Assembly: GCA_004431415.1 (NCBI GenBank)
Contig: QPMI01000015.1
Coordinates: forward strand, 545,596 to 609,595
Reading direction: 5' to 3'
From: Cyanophora paradoxa CCMP329
Taxonomy: Eukaryota; Plantae; Glaucophyta
Length of the DNA stretch: 64,000 bases
This document shows positions 47,561 through 58,600 of the stretch, piece by piece (position 1 is the stretch's first letter; every line of letters starts with the position of its first letter). Below the pieces are notes generated by a model. It saw nothing but the letters and a program-made list of their open reading frames with translations. It was not told where the DNA came from and did no database searches. The position numbers and the translations under genes are program-made.

Positions 47561-48444
47561 TCGTTGCCAAGTTGCGAGCCGCTGAGCTCGAGCTGTGCGG
47601 AATCGTTTGAATTCGAACTTCAGCGCTAGGAAGCTCTAGCCGCTGCCATGCAGCAGGCTGAGCTCGAGCGGCCGGCGGCTTATAATTACATTTTCTGGGG
47701 CCGCGCGCGGCAGGTAGCATATATAGCTAGCATGCGCACTGCCATGTCCATGGCCATGGCCAGGCGCCGGCGCCGCGGGCCGGACCGGCGCCGCGTATAC
47801 GTACGTTTAAATATTTTAAATATTCGATCATTTGACGCTCATGATCATATTTGCATCAGCACGTATACGTATACGTATACTAGTGCACGTGACTGTTTGA
47901 GCCCGAGTTCTCGGCCGAGGCATGCGCGTGCAAGCCCCGCGGCCGAGGATCGGGCCAAGACTGCGTTATTGCCTTGTCATTTTCACACATATCACTCGCA
48001 GCTGCGTCTGCAGCAAGCAGTCAAAATGTTCACTAATACTGTATCAACTACGATGCTCGGAAAAATATAAGCGACCGAGGAATATGTTACATAACATGAT
48101 GATCTGATCGCCTCTCGCTAGTAAGTTTAAAATTTACTGCCTGGGTGCCTCACGTGGGCCGGGTGTCGAAACGCGCCTGCTGAGCGTTCTAAGCTAGGAT
48201 CGAGCTAAAAGCATTCACATTGACGATGAGGTAAGCATTTCGAGCTAACAAACGTAGACGTTGCCTCGAGGGTGGGGGAAAATGGTATTTACTGAGCGAG
48301 TGGGGGTCGGACTGACAGACGTCGGGCTAGGATGTAGAAACAATATAATACAGGGCGACCATATTAATGATGAAAGGGGGAAAGGGGGTCCGCTGTGGGC
48401 CTGCTCTGCCTGCCGAGGCCCAACCAGGCCCGGGCCTACGGCGA

Positions 48445-50534
48445 CTACTGCTGGAGGATGCCGGGGGGCACCGGGGAGAGGCGGGGCCGGCGGGCGGCGG
48501 CCAGGGGGTCCCGGGCTAGGTCCGGGTGCTGCCGCTCGAACTCCTCCCGGAGCCGGTCCGCCATGTCCTCGTACTTGCGCTTCTTCTCCGCCGGCAGCGC
48601 CGCCCACAGGTCCCCCAGCTGCCGGGGCGTCAGGGGGGGGGAGAGGGGGGGGTAGATAGATTCGACGGGGTACACGCACGAGCTTGGAGATCTGGGCGTT
48701 GGTGAGGTGCGGCCACTTCTCCTTCAGCTTCGGGCGGGCCTCCTTCATGAACTGCCGAAAGATAAGGAAAAGAAAGGAAGGGAAAGGAAAAAGGAAAGGA
48801 GGGCGGACCAGGATGAAGCAGTTGTGGGGGCGGGCCACCTTCTTCTCCCGCATGGGGCACTTGGAGGACGACGAGGAGGAGCCGGAGGCGACGGGGCCGC
48901 GGGCGGGGATGGGGAGCGGGGAGGAGGCGAGGGAGGGGCCGGCGCTCGAGGGGAGCGAGCCGAGGGACTCGAGCCCGAGGCCGCCGAGGTCGGCGTGGGG
49001 CCAGGGCGCGAGGCCGGCGAGGCCGCCGAGGCTCAGCGGGAGCGAGGCCAGGGCCGCCTCGTCTATGAGCGAGCCGCACGAGGAGATGCCCGACGAGACG
49101 CCGCAGTCCGGCGAGTCGGGCGGCGAGAGCATGGGCGAGCTGTACCCCGACGAGGGCGAGAAGCAGCCGCCGCTGCCGTCGACGTAGAGCGACGCCGCCT
49201 GCACGCGCGCGATGGCCGGCTGCAGCGGCTGCGCGTTCAGGCACATCGGCTCGACCTTGACCGCCGCGAGCTGCTGCTGCGCCGCCGCCGCCGAGGCGGC
49301 CGCCGTCGAGCCCCACTGCAGCTGCTGGTGCCGGCCGCCGACGCCGATGGGGACGCTGTCGGCGCCCGGGACCCAGGCCTCGGGGGGGAGGGCCACCCTG
49401 GCCATGGGCGAGACGGTGCGGGAGGCGGCGCGGGAGGCGGAGCGCGAGGCGGGGCGGGAGGGGCGGAGCTCGTCGTACGACATGGGGCGCGCGGCGGGGG
49501 ACTCCTCGTGGTGCGGGGACGGTGCGGGGGGGGCGACGGAGATGTTGAGCGGGAGCGGCGCGTCCAGGCTGTGCATCGAGGCCGGCCGCGCGCTGGACGA
49601 CGGGAGGAGCGCGGAGAGCGATCCCTCGATCTCTCGCACGCACTCGCGCTGGCTCTGCGCGAGCCGCGCGAGGAGCGCCTTCTGCCCGACGGCCCGCGGA
49701 CCGAACTGGACGGCCGCCGGCAGCTTCGGCGACTTCGTCAGCGGCGACGCGGCGGCGCCCTCGCCGCTCAGCTCGTGCGGGCGCTGCGCCGGCTGCCCGT
49801 CGGCGGAGGACGGCAGCCCCGGCGTCGCCGGGTCCTCCTCCGTGGCCGACAGCGATGGCGTGCTCACGGAAAGGTCCGGGCTGCCGGGCTGCAGGTCCGG
49901 CAGGCTCCCGGCGTCGGCAGCATGGAACGTCCGCTCCGCGGCGGGCGCGGGCAGAGCGGAGAGATCTTCCTGCGCTTCCGACGCCGCGACTGCCGCTGGA
50001 GGCTCCGTTGGCGCCGAGCCCTTCGCCGGCTGCTCGGTGACCCAGTCCTGTTTCCCGAAGGCGTCGGCGAGGGACTAAAACGGACGAGAGGGGTTGGTGC
50101 GAACCAGAATGTCCGACAGAGCCTGCCAGCGTTCCAAAGGGGAAAGCTCCCGCTGCAATGTGGTCTCCAGGTTCTTGATCACTGCGTAACGGATGCTCGA
50201 TGGGGGAAAGACGGGAGCGCGCGTGAAAGAGCTGACCTGGAAAGCACACAGAAGCGTTCTTGCACGTGTCGCAGCCTTGATTGGGATTGCAGCTGCCCCT
50301 GCCCTCCGACGAGCAACTCCCCTTCCGACGAATCGCCATCTTCTCCGGCTCGCAGTCCGCCTTGGTCGACGTCTTGCAGCAGTTGTCCGTCACACACGAG
50401 CCAGCATCTTTCGGCTGCAGCTGCAGGCCCTTCTCCTCGTGCTGCTCGCTCGGGCGGAAGTCCGAGAAGATCTCATCGAGATCAATCTCGTCGTCCAGGC
50501 TGTAGATGGTTGGGACGAAGCCAAGTGCATCCAT
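48445..50534 (-). CDS. SOX/MATA_HMG-type HMG-box transcription factor (C-terminal HMG box)
   Basis: Spliced KKVARPHNCFIL|FMKEARPKLKEKWPHLTNAQISKL|LGDLWAALPAEKKRKYEDMADRLREEFERQHPD, preceded by a long Ser/Pro-rich low-complexity region. Confidence 0.85.
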
Positions 50535-51487
50535 CTGAGGCGATCCCCCGGTCAGCGTCCATTGTTGGTACTACCGGCCCGACATCGATGACAGCCGCCG
50601 TGGTGCCGCGGCTCTGTGCGCTAAACAGCTTCCAATGCGAACCTCTGGATGACTTCGCGCCGAACGGCGCGTGGAACGCCCGTAGTGGACAGCAGAACGA
50701 GCTAAGCGAGCAAGAGCTGCCACGAACGCTCGCCCCCGTGAGCGTGTGAGAGAAGGCGAAGCAACTGTCCTCCCTCTTACGCCAGACTGCAGAAGCTGGT
50801 TCCTCGCTCAAGCCGCAAGATCAACTTCACGCGTTGGACCGCGAGCTAGCTAGCCAGCCGCTGCAATTGTAGGCCCGCTACCCGCGCAGCGCCGCAGCTG
50901 TGACCGGCAAACGGCAGAGCTATGCGAAGCAAAGCTGAAGCTTGAAGGAGCGACTGGGCGAGGCGCCTGCGCCGCCTGCAAAGCTGCACCCGGGCGCCCG
51001 GCCGGGGAGATGGGGCCAGCACCGTGGCAGCACGGCGCGCGCTCCCACAGAGACGCGATATCGATCGCGATGGGCGGCCGCGGACAGAGCGAGTGTCGGC
51101 GGGGGGGGGGAAGGAAGCTCAGAAAAAAGATGTCGTTGTTGTGGTACCTTGTAGCATACGTGTAGGATTCACTAATGATTTGATGTGAAGGCTCCGAGCA
51201 ACTTGCAAATTGCAATCATTAATGATGTGAATTGGTGCCAATTGGCAATTGCGAATGCGGAATGCGCTGCTCATCCATGATGCGCATGTACATGTACATC
51301 ATATGTACATGTGCGGTTCGCTTGCAAAGGGCCCCAACTATTGGTCTAATTATAATCTGAAAAAAACTCTCACCGAACATCGGCGAACAAAGGCTGCGGA
51401 CGTCATTCAGACCGTTTTCAGCCAATCGCCGTACACCAAGTACTTGCTTATACGTAATATTTTAATGGACGTAATCACAAGACTCAC

Positions 51488-51671
51488 AACGCGCCGAATT
51501 TTAAGGTCGTGCTACGACCTCCCGGATTCCCGGGTTCGGTTCCTGCTGTTTCCGCTACGTTGTACTTCGAATCCTTGTGATTCCCGATACCGTGACTTGT
51601 ATCCTCGTTGTGTACTACGAGTGGGCACGCCCACCGTAGATCTTTAAAAAAAAAAAACGCGCCGAATTTTA
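51488..51671 (+). mobile_element. Short non-LTR retroposon (SINE or 5'-truncated LINE) with poly(A) and 16-bp TSD
   Basis: AACGCGCCGAATTTTA at 51488-51503 and 51656-51671 flanks a ~150-bp insert ending in a stem-loop and A12. Confidence 0.85.
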
Positions 51672-51950
51672 TTATGAACGAACTTCGGAAGGCATACGTA
51701 ACGGCCGCAAATCCGGATCTGATATCGATATCCATGATTTGATCGATTTAAACGGCCGCGGGCCGGATCCGGATTAATTTTCCGGATCCGGCGCGGACAC
51801 GCGAAAAGTCAATTTTTTTGCGCGATATCGATCCTCATGTTCATGATTAAATTGCGTCATACGTATACCGATATCGATCGCGAAGTGACGCCGAATTTCG
51901 AATTCGAAGTCTCGAACCGATCGAGAATCTGTTGAATCTTCAAATTGAAC

Positions 51951-52585
51951 TGTTCACTCGGCAACGTTAACCGGCGCGCGACGGTCCGGCGGGGTAGCCG
52001 GCCACGGCACTGCGGGGGCTGCACAAAGAAACAAAATTACGAAGACAAGAGCACGAAAGAAAGAATCGACAATAAATTTAAGGGAAAACACAGAGACAGA
52101 TCGCCGAATTCGAAGAAACGACAAGCGAACGAGACCGCCGGGCCGAGCAGATATAGCGACAGATCTAGAGGATGACAGACACGAAGAAGAGCTAGAGCTA
52201 GAGCTAGAGATACCATCAACAACTGAGGGAACCACATCACTAATTATAACGTTAACAAGCGGAGGACAGAATTGAGAAAGATAAATCACAGGAAGCAGCC
52301 TGGCAGACAGGTAAGCGGAACAACAAGACGACGTGGAGGCTGATCGAGGCGAGGCAGGACGATGCGAAAGGGCAGAGCTACGGCACGAGAAGGACACAGA
52401 AGGCGGATCAGGCGGATCAAGAGCAGGCAAAAGGACAGTCAAAGGAATCACTAAATCCGGCCGGGGTCGAGGCGGGCAGTCGGGCGGAGCCTCGGAGAAT
52501 GGAAGTCTTGACATAACTATAATCACATCGATACCAACATAAACATGCACAACGTTAACATCATGGCACGCGCATGCGCGTGTCA
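51951..52585. mobile_element. Possible solo LTR or other inserted element
   Basis: Compositionally distinct purine-rich block bounded by TGTTCAC...GTGTCA, with AATAAA and three AACGTTAAC motifs; no TSD found. Confidence 0.25.
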
Positions 52586-52837
52586 AGCCTACAGACCCAG
52601 ATTTAGAGGCCAGATTTAATACGCTCAGCTGGGCGCGAGAGACTGATCATGATCATGATCATGATGCGGTACCGCGGCCGGTATACGTACGTATACGTAT
52701 ACTGCACGCTGAGCACAGGACTGCAGTATATATCACTGAGTCATATACGTGTACATTAAACCGTGGTACTATGGTACAAAGTACATTCTGCACTTCATTA
52801 TTTACAGTACTGCAAACGACAGTACTACCCGCGGGCT

Positions 52838-55609
52838 CTAATTTCGGCTGCTCGGAGGCCGCTCGAGGGGCGGCAGGCGGACGCTCTGGCCCCCGCGGCT
52901 GGGGGCGCCCCTGCCCCCCACCGCTCCCCCCGCCTCTGCCCCGGAGTCGCCCTCCTCCTCGGCCCTCCGGGAGGGGGACGGGAGGCCCGGCGTCGGGCCG
53001 CCCGGGCCCGCCGTCGCCAGCGCCCGCAGCTCCTCCGCGTTGCCCCGCGACGAGAGGCTCACCATACGCATCTCCGGATCCGAGCCGCCGCTGCGGGCGC
53101 CCGGCAGCAGCGCCGGAGCCGCCCCGCCCTCGCCGCCGCTCTCGCCCTCGGCCTCGGCCTCTGGATCCCTGGACCCGGGGTCCAGGACAGCGATCCGGGG
53201 CAGCTCGGCCCTCGCGCGAGCCCCGCCCGCCTCCGCCGCCTCTTCCGCGGCCTTTTCCCTCTTCTTCTTCTTCTTTTTCGCCGCGTTGCCGTCGTCGCCC
53301 TCATCCTCCTCGATGCCGACTTTCGCTGCCCCGCGGTCCTGCGCGGCGCCTCGCCGAGTCAGAGGAAATGAGGGAGGGGGGATGGGAAGGGGGCTAGGGT
53401 GCCTTCGCCGCGTCCACGACGGCCTCCTTCCCGGCCTGCGCGCACGCGCCCGAGGCGGCTCGATTCTCGAGCTTGTTTTTGAAAGAGGGGGGTACGGCAC
53501 CTCGGCGAAGGCGCCCCCCGCGGCGTCGCCGGCGCGGGCGACGCGGGCGGCGGCGAGGAGCTGCTGGCCCGAGGGGAGGGCCATCGGGCCGAGGTCGAGG
53601 TGCAGGCCGGGGTCCAGCCGGCCCAGCTCCGCCGCGTGCACCCTGCGCCCGGCCGAGTGAGCGAGGTTGAGGAGACTGTCTATTCGTGTTCGCGTTTCTC
53701 TGCCAACGATCGTGTGCTTTGCTTTTCGTTCGCGGCGTGGCGGGCGGGGGTGTGGGGAGGGGGGGGTGGAGGCGGGGGGGCGAGGGGGTACCGGGCTCCC
53801 GACTTGGCAGCAGCGGCGGCGCGCGCCGCGAACCGCGCCACAGCGGCGACCGCCACCGCCACTTGCTGCCGAGTGGAGGAAAAGAGGCGTTGAGGGGTAC
53901 GGTTCCGCGCCGACTGGGGTGTACGCGCACCGAGAGGGCCGGGATCATGAAGCGGAGCTGGTCGGCAAACAGCGCCACCGCCCAGCCGAAGTTGATCCCG
54001 TTCATCAGGAGGGAGACCTGCTCGGGGGTACGTGAAACTCTCGCTTAAAAACCAGGGGTACGCCTAGCGGGGTGCCGCACGCGGGGGAGGGAGAGGTTGA
54101 TGGGGAGAACGGGTAGGGACGGCGCGGAGGGGGAGGGCACGAAGTTGAGCATGAGGACGAGCACTGCGCGCGAGAACGAAGGGAAGCGAATTCAGAAAAG
54201 CGAACGAAGGAAAGGGGGCGCCCGGGATTCGAACCGGCGGTCTGGGAGGCGAGGGAGCCGGCCTCCATGAGGTTCTCGATGCGGTCGCGAAAGGGCCGCA
54301 CGGCGAGGACGAAGAGCAGGTGTACCCCGTGGATCCCGATCAGCGCGCAGATCTGCCGGCCCGCCTCCAATTCTCAGCCACGCTTGGAGTACGGGCGGGG
54401 CTGGGAGGCGGCTGCCTGGGCGAGGGCGACGCCTGGCGACGTGCCCGAGGGCAGCAGCGTGGATCCCGCCGCGCCGCCGTCGGGCAGGGCAGAGGACGCG
54501 GACGAAGCGGCGGAGGAGGCGGCGGAGGAGGCGGAGTGGATGGCGGAGGCGGAGGAGGCGGCGCCGCCGACGAGGAGCCCCAGCACCGCCGCCGTCGCCA
54601 GGCGGTTCAGCATCGACACCACCATGTACAGGTACCTGGGGGGGGGAAAGGAGTCAAGGGGGGTACAGGGTTACGGTACGGTACGGCCGCACGCGAGGCG
54701 GTCGGGGCCGTAGGCGTCGAAGGTGGGCGAGAAGGCGTCGAACCACCACTGGCCCAGCTCCCGCGTCCGCTTCTTCCCCTGCAAGGAAAAGTCAGATCAG
54801 AGCCCGCGGGGGTAAGCGGCCGAGTTCCAAATGGGGAGGGGGGTACCAATATTCGGTCGCGGGCGGAGGGCTTGGGGTCGCCGGGGTCCCCGGAGGCCGC
54901 CTCGGGTACCAGGTACGGGTTCAGCGTCCACTCCCCCGTGTTCCGGAACAGCTTGTAGATCTGGATCAAATTTAAAAGCAAATAAGCTTAGTTCGAAACT
55001 CAGATCCGATTTTAGGCTAAGATTGGTAAGCTGCGCACCCCCGCGGCGCGCTTGACGTGGAGCTTGAAGCGGCGGAAGGCGCGGCGGAGGGCGGCGAGGC
55101 AGCCGCGGCGCTTGCCGCGGCCCCGCGCGGCCCCGGGCTGCGGCGTCTCCCGCTCCGGCTTCTCCTCCTCCCCGCCGCTCTCCGCCCCGTCCTCCTGCGA
55201 AGATGAAAGACAGGAACGATGAGAAAGAGAAGAATACATAGTTGACAGATAGGAGCTGAAGCGTGCAGGCTGCAAGGGCAGGGGGGAGGGCGCGCCTTGG
55301 CGCCCTGCGTGGCGAGGAATGCGCGGTACTCGCGCCACGCCGCCCTGGCCTCCGCGAGCGTCCAGCGGCGGTAGGCGACCAGCTCGAGCCGCTTGATGCG
55401 CGTCTGCAGCGGGGCGGGGCGGCGGTCAAGCCTGGATGGAGCGGCCGCGCGCGGCAGAAGAGAGCAAGCATCGGGGGCGCGACCCCGATCTAGATCTAGA
55501 GCGGAGCGGAGGGGAGCGGAGGGGAGGGAGGGAGGGAGGGAGGGAGGGGAGGAAAAAAGGAGAGGAGCGGGGCGGAGGGGCGGATCCGGACCTGCAGGGG
55601 CGAGGAGGG

Positions 55610-55643
<34 letters not shown>

Positions 55644-58600
55644 AGGGGGAGGGGCGGAGGGGACGGACCTGCAGGAGGACGGCCATCGCGACGGCGAAGG
55701 CGAAGGGCACCAGCACCTGCGGGGATCGCGGAGGAGGAGGAGCTTGAGCTTAGCTTCAGAACTGAAGGACTCGTCTCGAAGCCTGAGCGTGAGACTTGTC
55801 TATAAACGTGACTCGACTCGCTAACTTGGACTTTATGACTCGCTATATGTGACCTAACCGGCTGTTCGAAGGGGCCGGCCCGGCGGGGGCGCACGAGGAA
55901 GACGGCGGCGACGGCGGTCCAGGCGGTGATGCCGGCGCGGAGCACCGAGCACGCCGAGATGCACATCCCCTGGATTGTGTGCGTCAGTTCGAAGCCGGGC
56001 GCCAGTTCGAATTGTCGGATTGTTTCGCATAGCTTATTTGATTCGTCGTTCTCTTGATAGCTTAGATTGGCTTAAAGTTCGAGAGGGGGCGGACCGAGTA
56101 GGCGAAGTCGACGACGGCGAGCTCCCAGCGGGGGAAGGCCAGCGCCCCGCCCAGCCGCCGCCGCCTGCGTGAGAGGGCGCGTGAGACGCGGTTCGATTTT
56201 ACGTGTGGAAGGAAGAGGCGTGCGGGGGCCGCCCGGCCCGCTTTGGGCGGGGGGCGAAGAAGAGCGAATCGCTACATCCTCTTCTAAGGCCCAGATCTAA
56301 GGTCTTCTAAGGTCTTCTTTTTCTAAGAGAGAACTCAGTAAGGAGAAGCCGGCCTCCTAATGGCGCACTTGAGCCTGCGTGCGAAGTAGAGGTGGACGGC
56401 GCCGTGGGCGAGGAGGACGGCCGCGAAGAGGAGCGTCGAGTAGAAGAGGAAGGAGGAGAAAATGTCCCCCACGCCTGCCGCGCGGCGCGATGAGCTCAAG
56501 GAGTTCATGTTAAAACGGTGAGCTAATGCTTTATTTAAACATGATACGGAAAGGAAAGGAGTTCATGCTTTTTTTAAACAAGCTAATGCTTAAAACGGAA
56601 AGGAGTTCATGCTTTATTTAAACAAGATAAGCTAAATAGAGCGAGAAACGCGCACTGCAGCGGGCGGTGTTGGAGGCGAACTCCCCGATCGAGTGGAGCC
56701 TCCGCGCCGCGGCGGCGGAGGTCGCGGCGGAGGTCGCGGGGGCGGCGACCGAGACAGCGACGGGCTTGGAGCACCACGGCACGTCGAACTGCGCGAGGGA
56801 GGGTCGCGCTCATGATCAGATGAATATTAGGTTGAGATAAGACTCAAGTTTAGGCGAAGTCCAGTACGAAGTAGTTTGAAGCTCAAAAGAAGTGTTATGG
56901 CTCTAATGACAAGCCCACGGCGGGGGCGGCGGGCCTGGAGGAGGGTCCAGCGGAGGGCGCTGGTCATGCCGGTGTACTCCTCCGGCAGCGAGACCGCCAG
57001 GAAGCTCGTCGCCGCCACGAACTGGGGCGAAGAAGATAGAAAGCTCAGCGAAGACAAGCATCAAGGAGCAGCGATGATGGCCATGCTATAGCTATCTTCA
57101 CGCTCCAGTTTGGAGCTCAGAAAGCGCACTTGGACGTGGGTGATGATGCCCATGGAATTGGCGCCCCCGCGGGGCGCCTTGGCCATGGCGTTGGCGCCGC
57201 CGCCGGCCCCCGCGTTGGCCCCCGCCGCCCCGCCCCCCACCGCCCCCGCGTTCGTCGGGACGCCCCCGACGCGCCCCGCGCCGGCCGCGAGGCCTGGCCC
57301 CGCCGGCCGCCGCCGCCGGCGCCACCGCCGCCGTGCCCGTCATGCCGCCTGCGCCGGCCGCAGGTAAGAAAGAGTTGCAAGGGGCGCGCGCATGTACTAA
57401 GCACCCATGGCGTCGATGGTGCCGGCGGCGCCGCCGCTGGCGACCGCGCTGCTGTTCGCCATCGCCGACGAGACCACTGACGAGAGAATTACTGCAGATC
57501 AACGCAAGTTCGACGCATCGGATCGGACCGAGGGTGGAGGTGGGGAGGGAGCTGGCGGCGACGGTCGCGGCGGTGGCGGCGCCGCCGACGACGCTCGCGA
57601 CGGCGCTGACGACCGTCGCGGCGACGACGACGGCGACGGGCGCCGCGACGATGGCCGCCGTCAGCGCCGAGGCGGCGTTGCCGAGCCCCGCCGAGCGCTC
57701 GGCCGCCGCCGGGTCCTTCTCCACGACGCTGAACTCGAAGACCGCCTCCGAGGACGCCAGCGCGTTGTCGAAGGCCTGCGGCGTCTCTGATCATGAGCAT
57801 AGGAACGAGCTCCTTGTTCGGTTGGGCCTCTTTTTAATTTTATGTTCTTGTTTGTTTTTCAAGAACGAGCTCCTCTTTTTTAATGTTGGGATGGGCAGAG
57901 TTAGCTCAAGAAACTGTTGTTCAGTTGGGACTCTTTTTTAATCTTCTTGCTTGCTAAGAGATGTTAATAGGATCTCTTGTTCCGTTAATATAGGGCGCAC
58001 GCGGAGCGTGAAGGCGTAGAGGCCGGCGGCGGCGAAGGCGGGGAGGACCAGCGTCGAGCCCGCGAGATCGGCCGCCCCGAGGGCGAGGGCGGGGCCCTTG
58101 GTCTGCGCCCACCGCACGCTCGCCACGTACCCGTCCGCGTCGTACGACGACTCCGAGCTGAGCGCCACGCGCGCGTCGATCTGCGAGGAAATTTAGCAGG
58201 AGAGGGGGGTGAGAGATAGATGAGGGGGTACTGCCGCACCGGGAAGATGGCTCCCAGGAGGTTCACGGAGATGACGGCGACGGGGGCGAGGTTCGATCCC
58301 GAGAAGGGCAGAAGCGAGGCCGAAATGGAGGTGACGGGGTACCCCAGCACGCCCGACGCGGCCCCGCTCTGTAGGGCGTTCACGCGGGCCAGGACCGCCG
58401 CCGCCGAGTCGGAGGCGGAGGCGGCCACTCGGAACGTGTACGCCGTCGAGGAGCCGGCCGCCTGCTGCTGCTGCTGCAGGCTACGTGCACGGCGGGCGGT
58501 GCCCGCCGAGAAGGTGACGCCGAAGATGCGCTCCTTCTGCACTGAGAGGAGGATTCCCGTGTTGTTGAGGAGGCGGAGCCGGTCGGGGGCGCTCGAGGCG

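Noticed and set aside
48707-50749. 680-aa plus-strand ORF and the many other Arg/Gly/Pro-rich ORFs in the track
   Set aside because: These are shadow ORFs of GC-rich genes on other frames or strands, with no recognisable domains.
51954-52586. 210-aa minus-strand ORF as a protein-coding gene
   Set aside because: It has a non-ATG start, codon usage unlike neighbouring genes and a low-complexity product; a repeat-derived block is more likely.
54212-54242. tRNA-like B-box GGTTCGAATCCCGGGCGCCCCC on the minus strand
   Set aside because: There is no D or anticodon arm and the T-stem is imperfect. It coincides with an intron donor (G|GTTCGA) in a TTCGAA-rich patch.
14700-55660. Long poly-G/poly-C runs (e.g. 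14895, 19950-20040, 31876, 55611) as functional G-quadruplex elements
   Set aside because: They are confined to introns and 3' flanks, their lengths are unreliable in long-read data, and there is no independent evidence of function.
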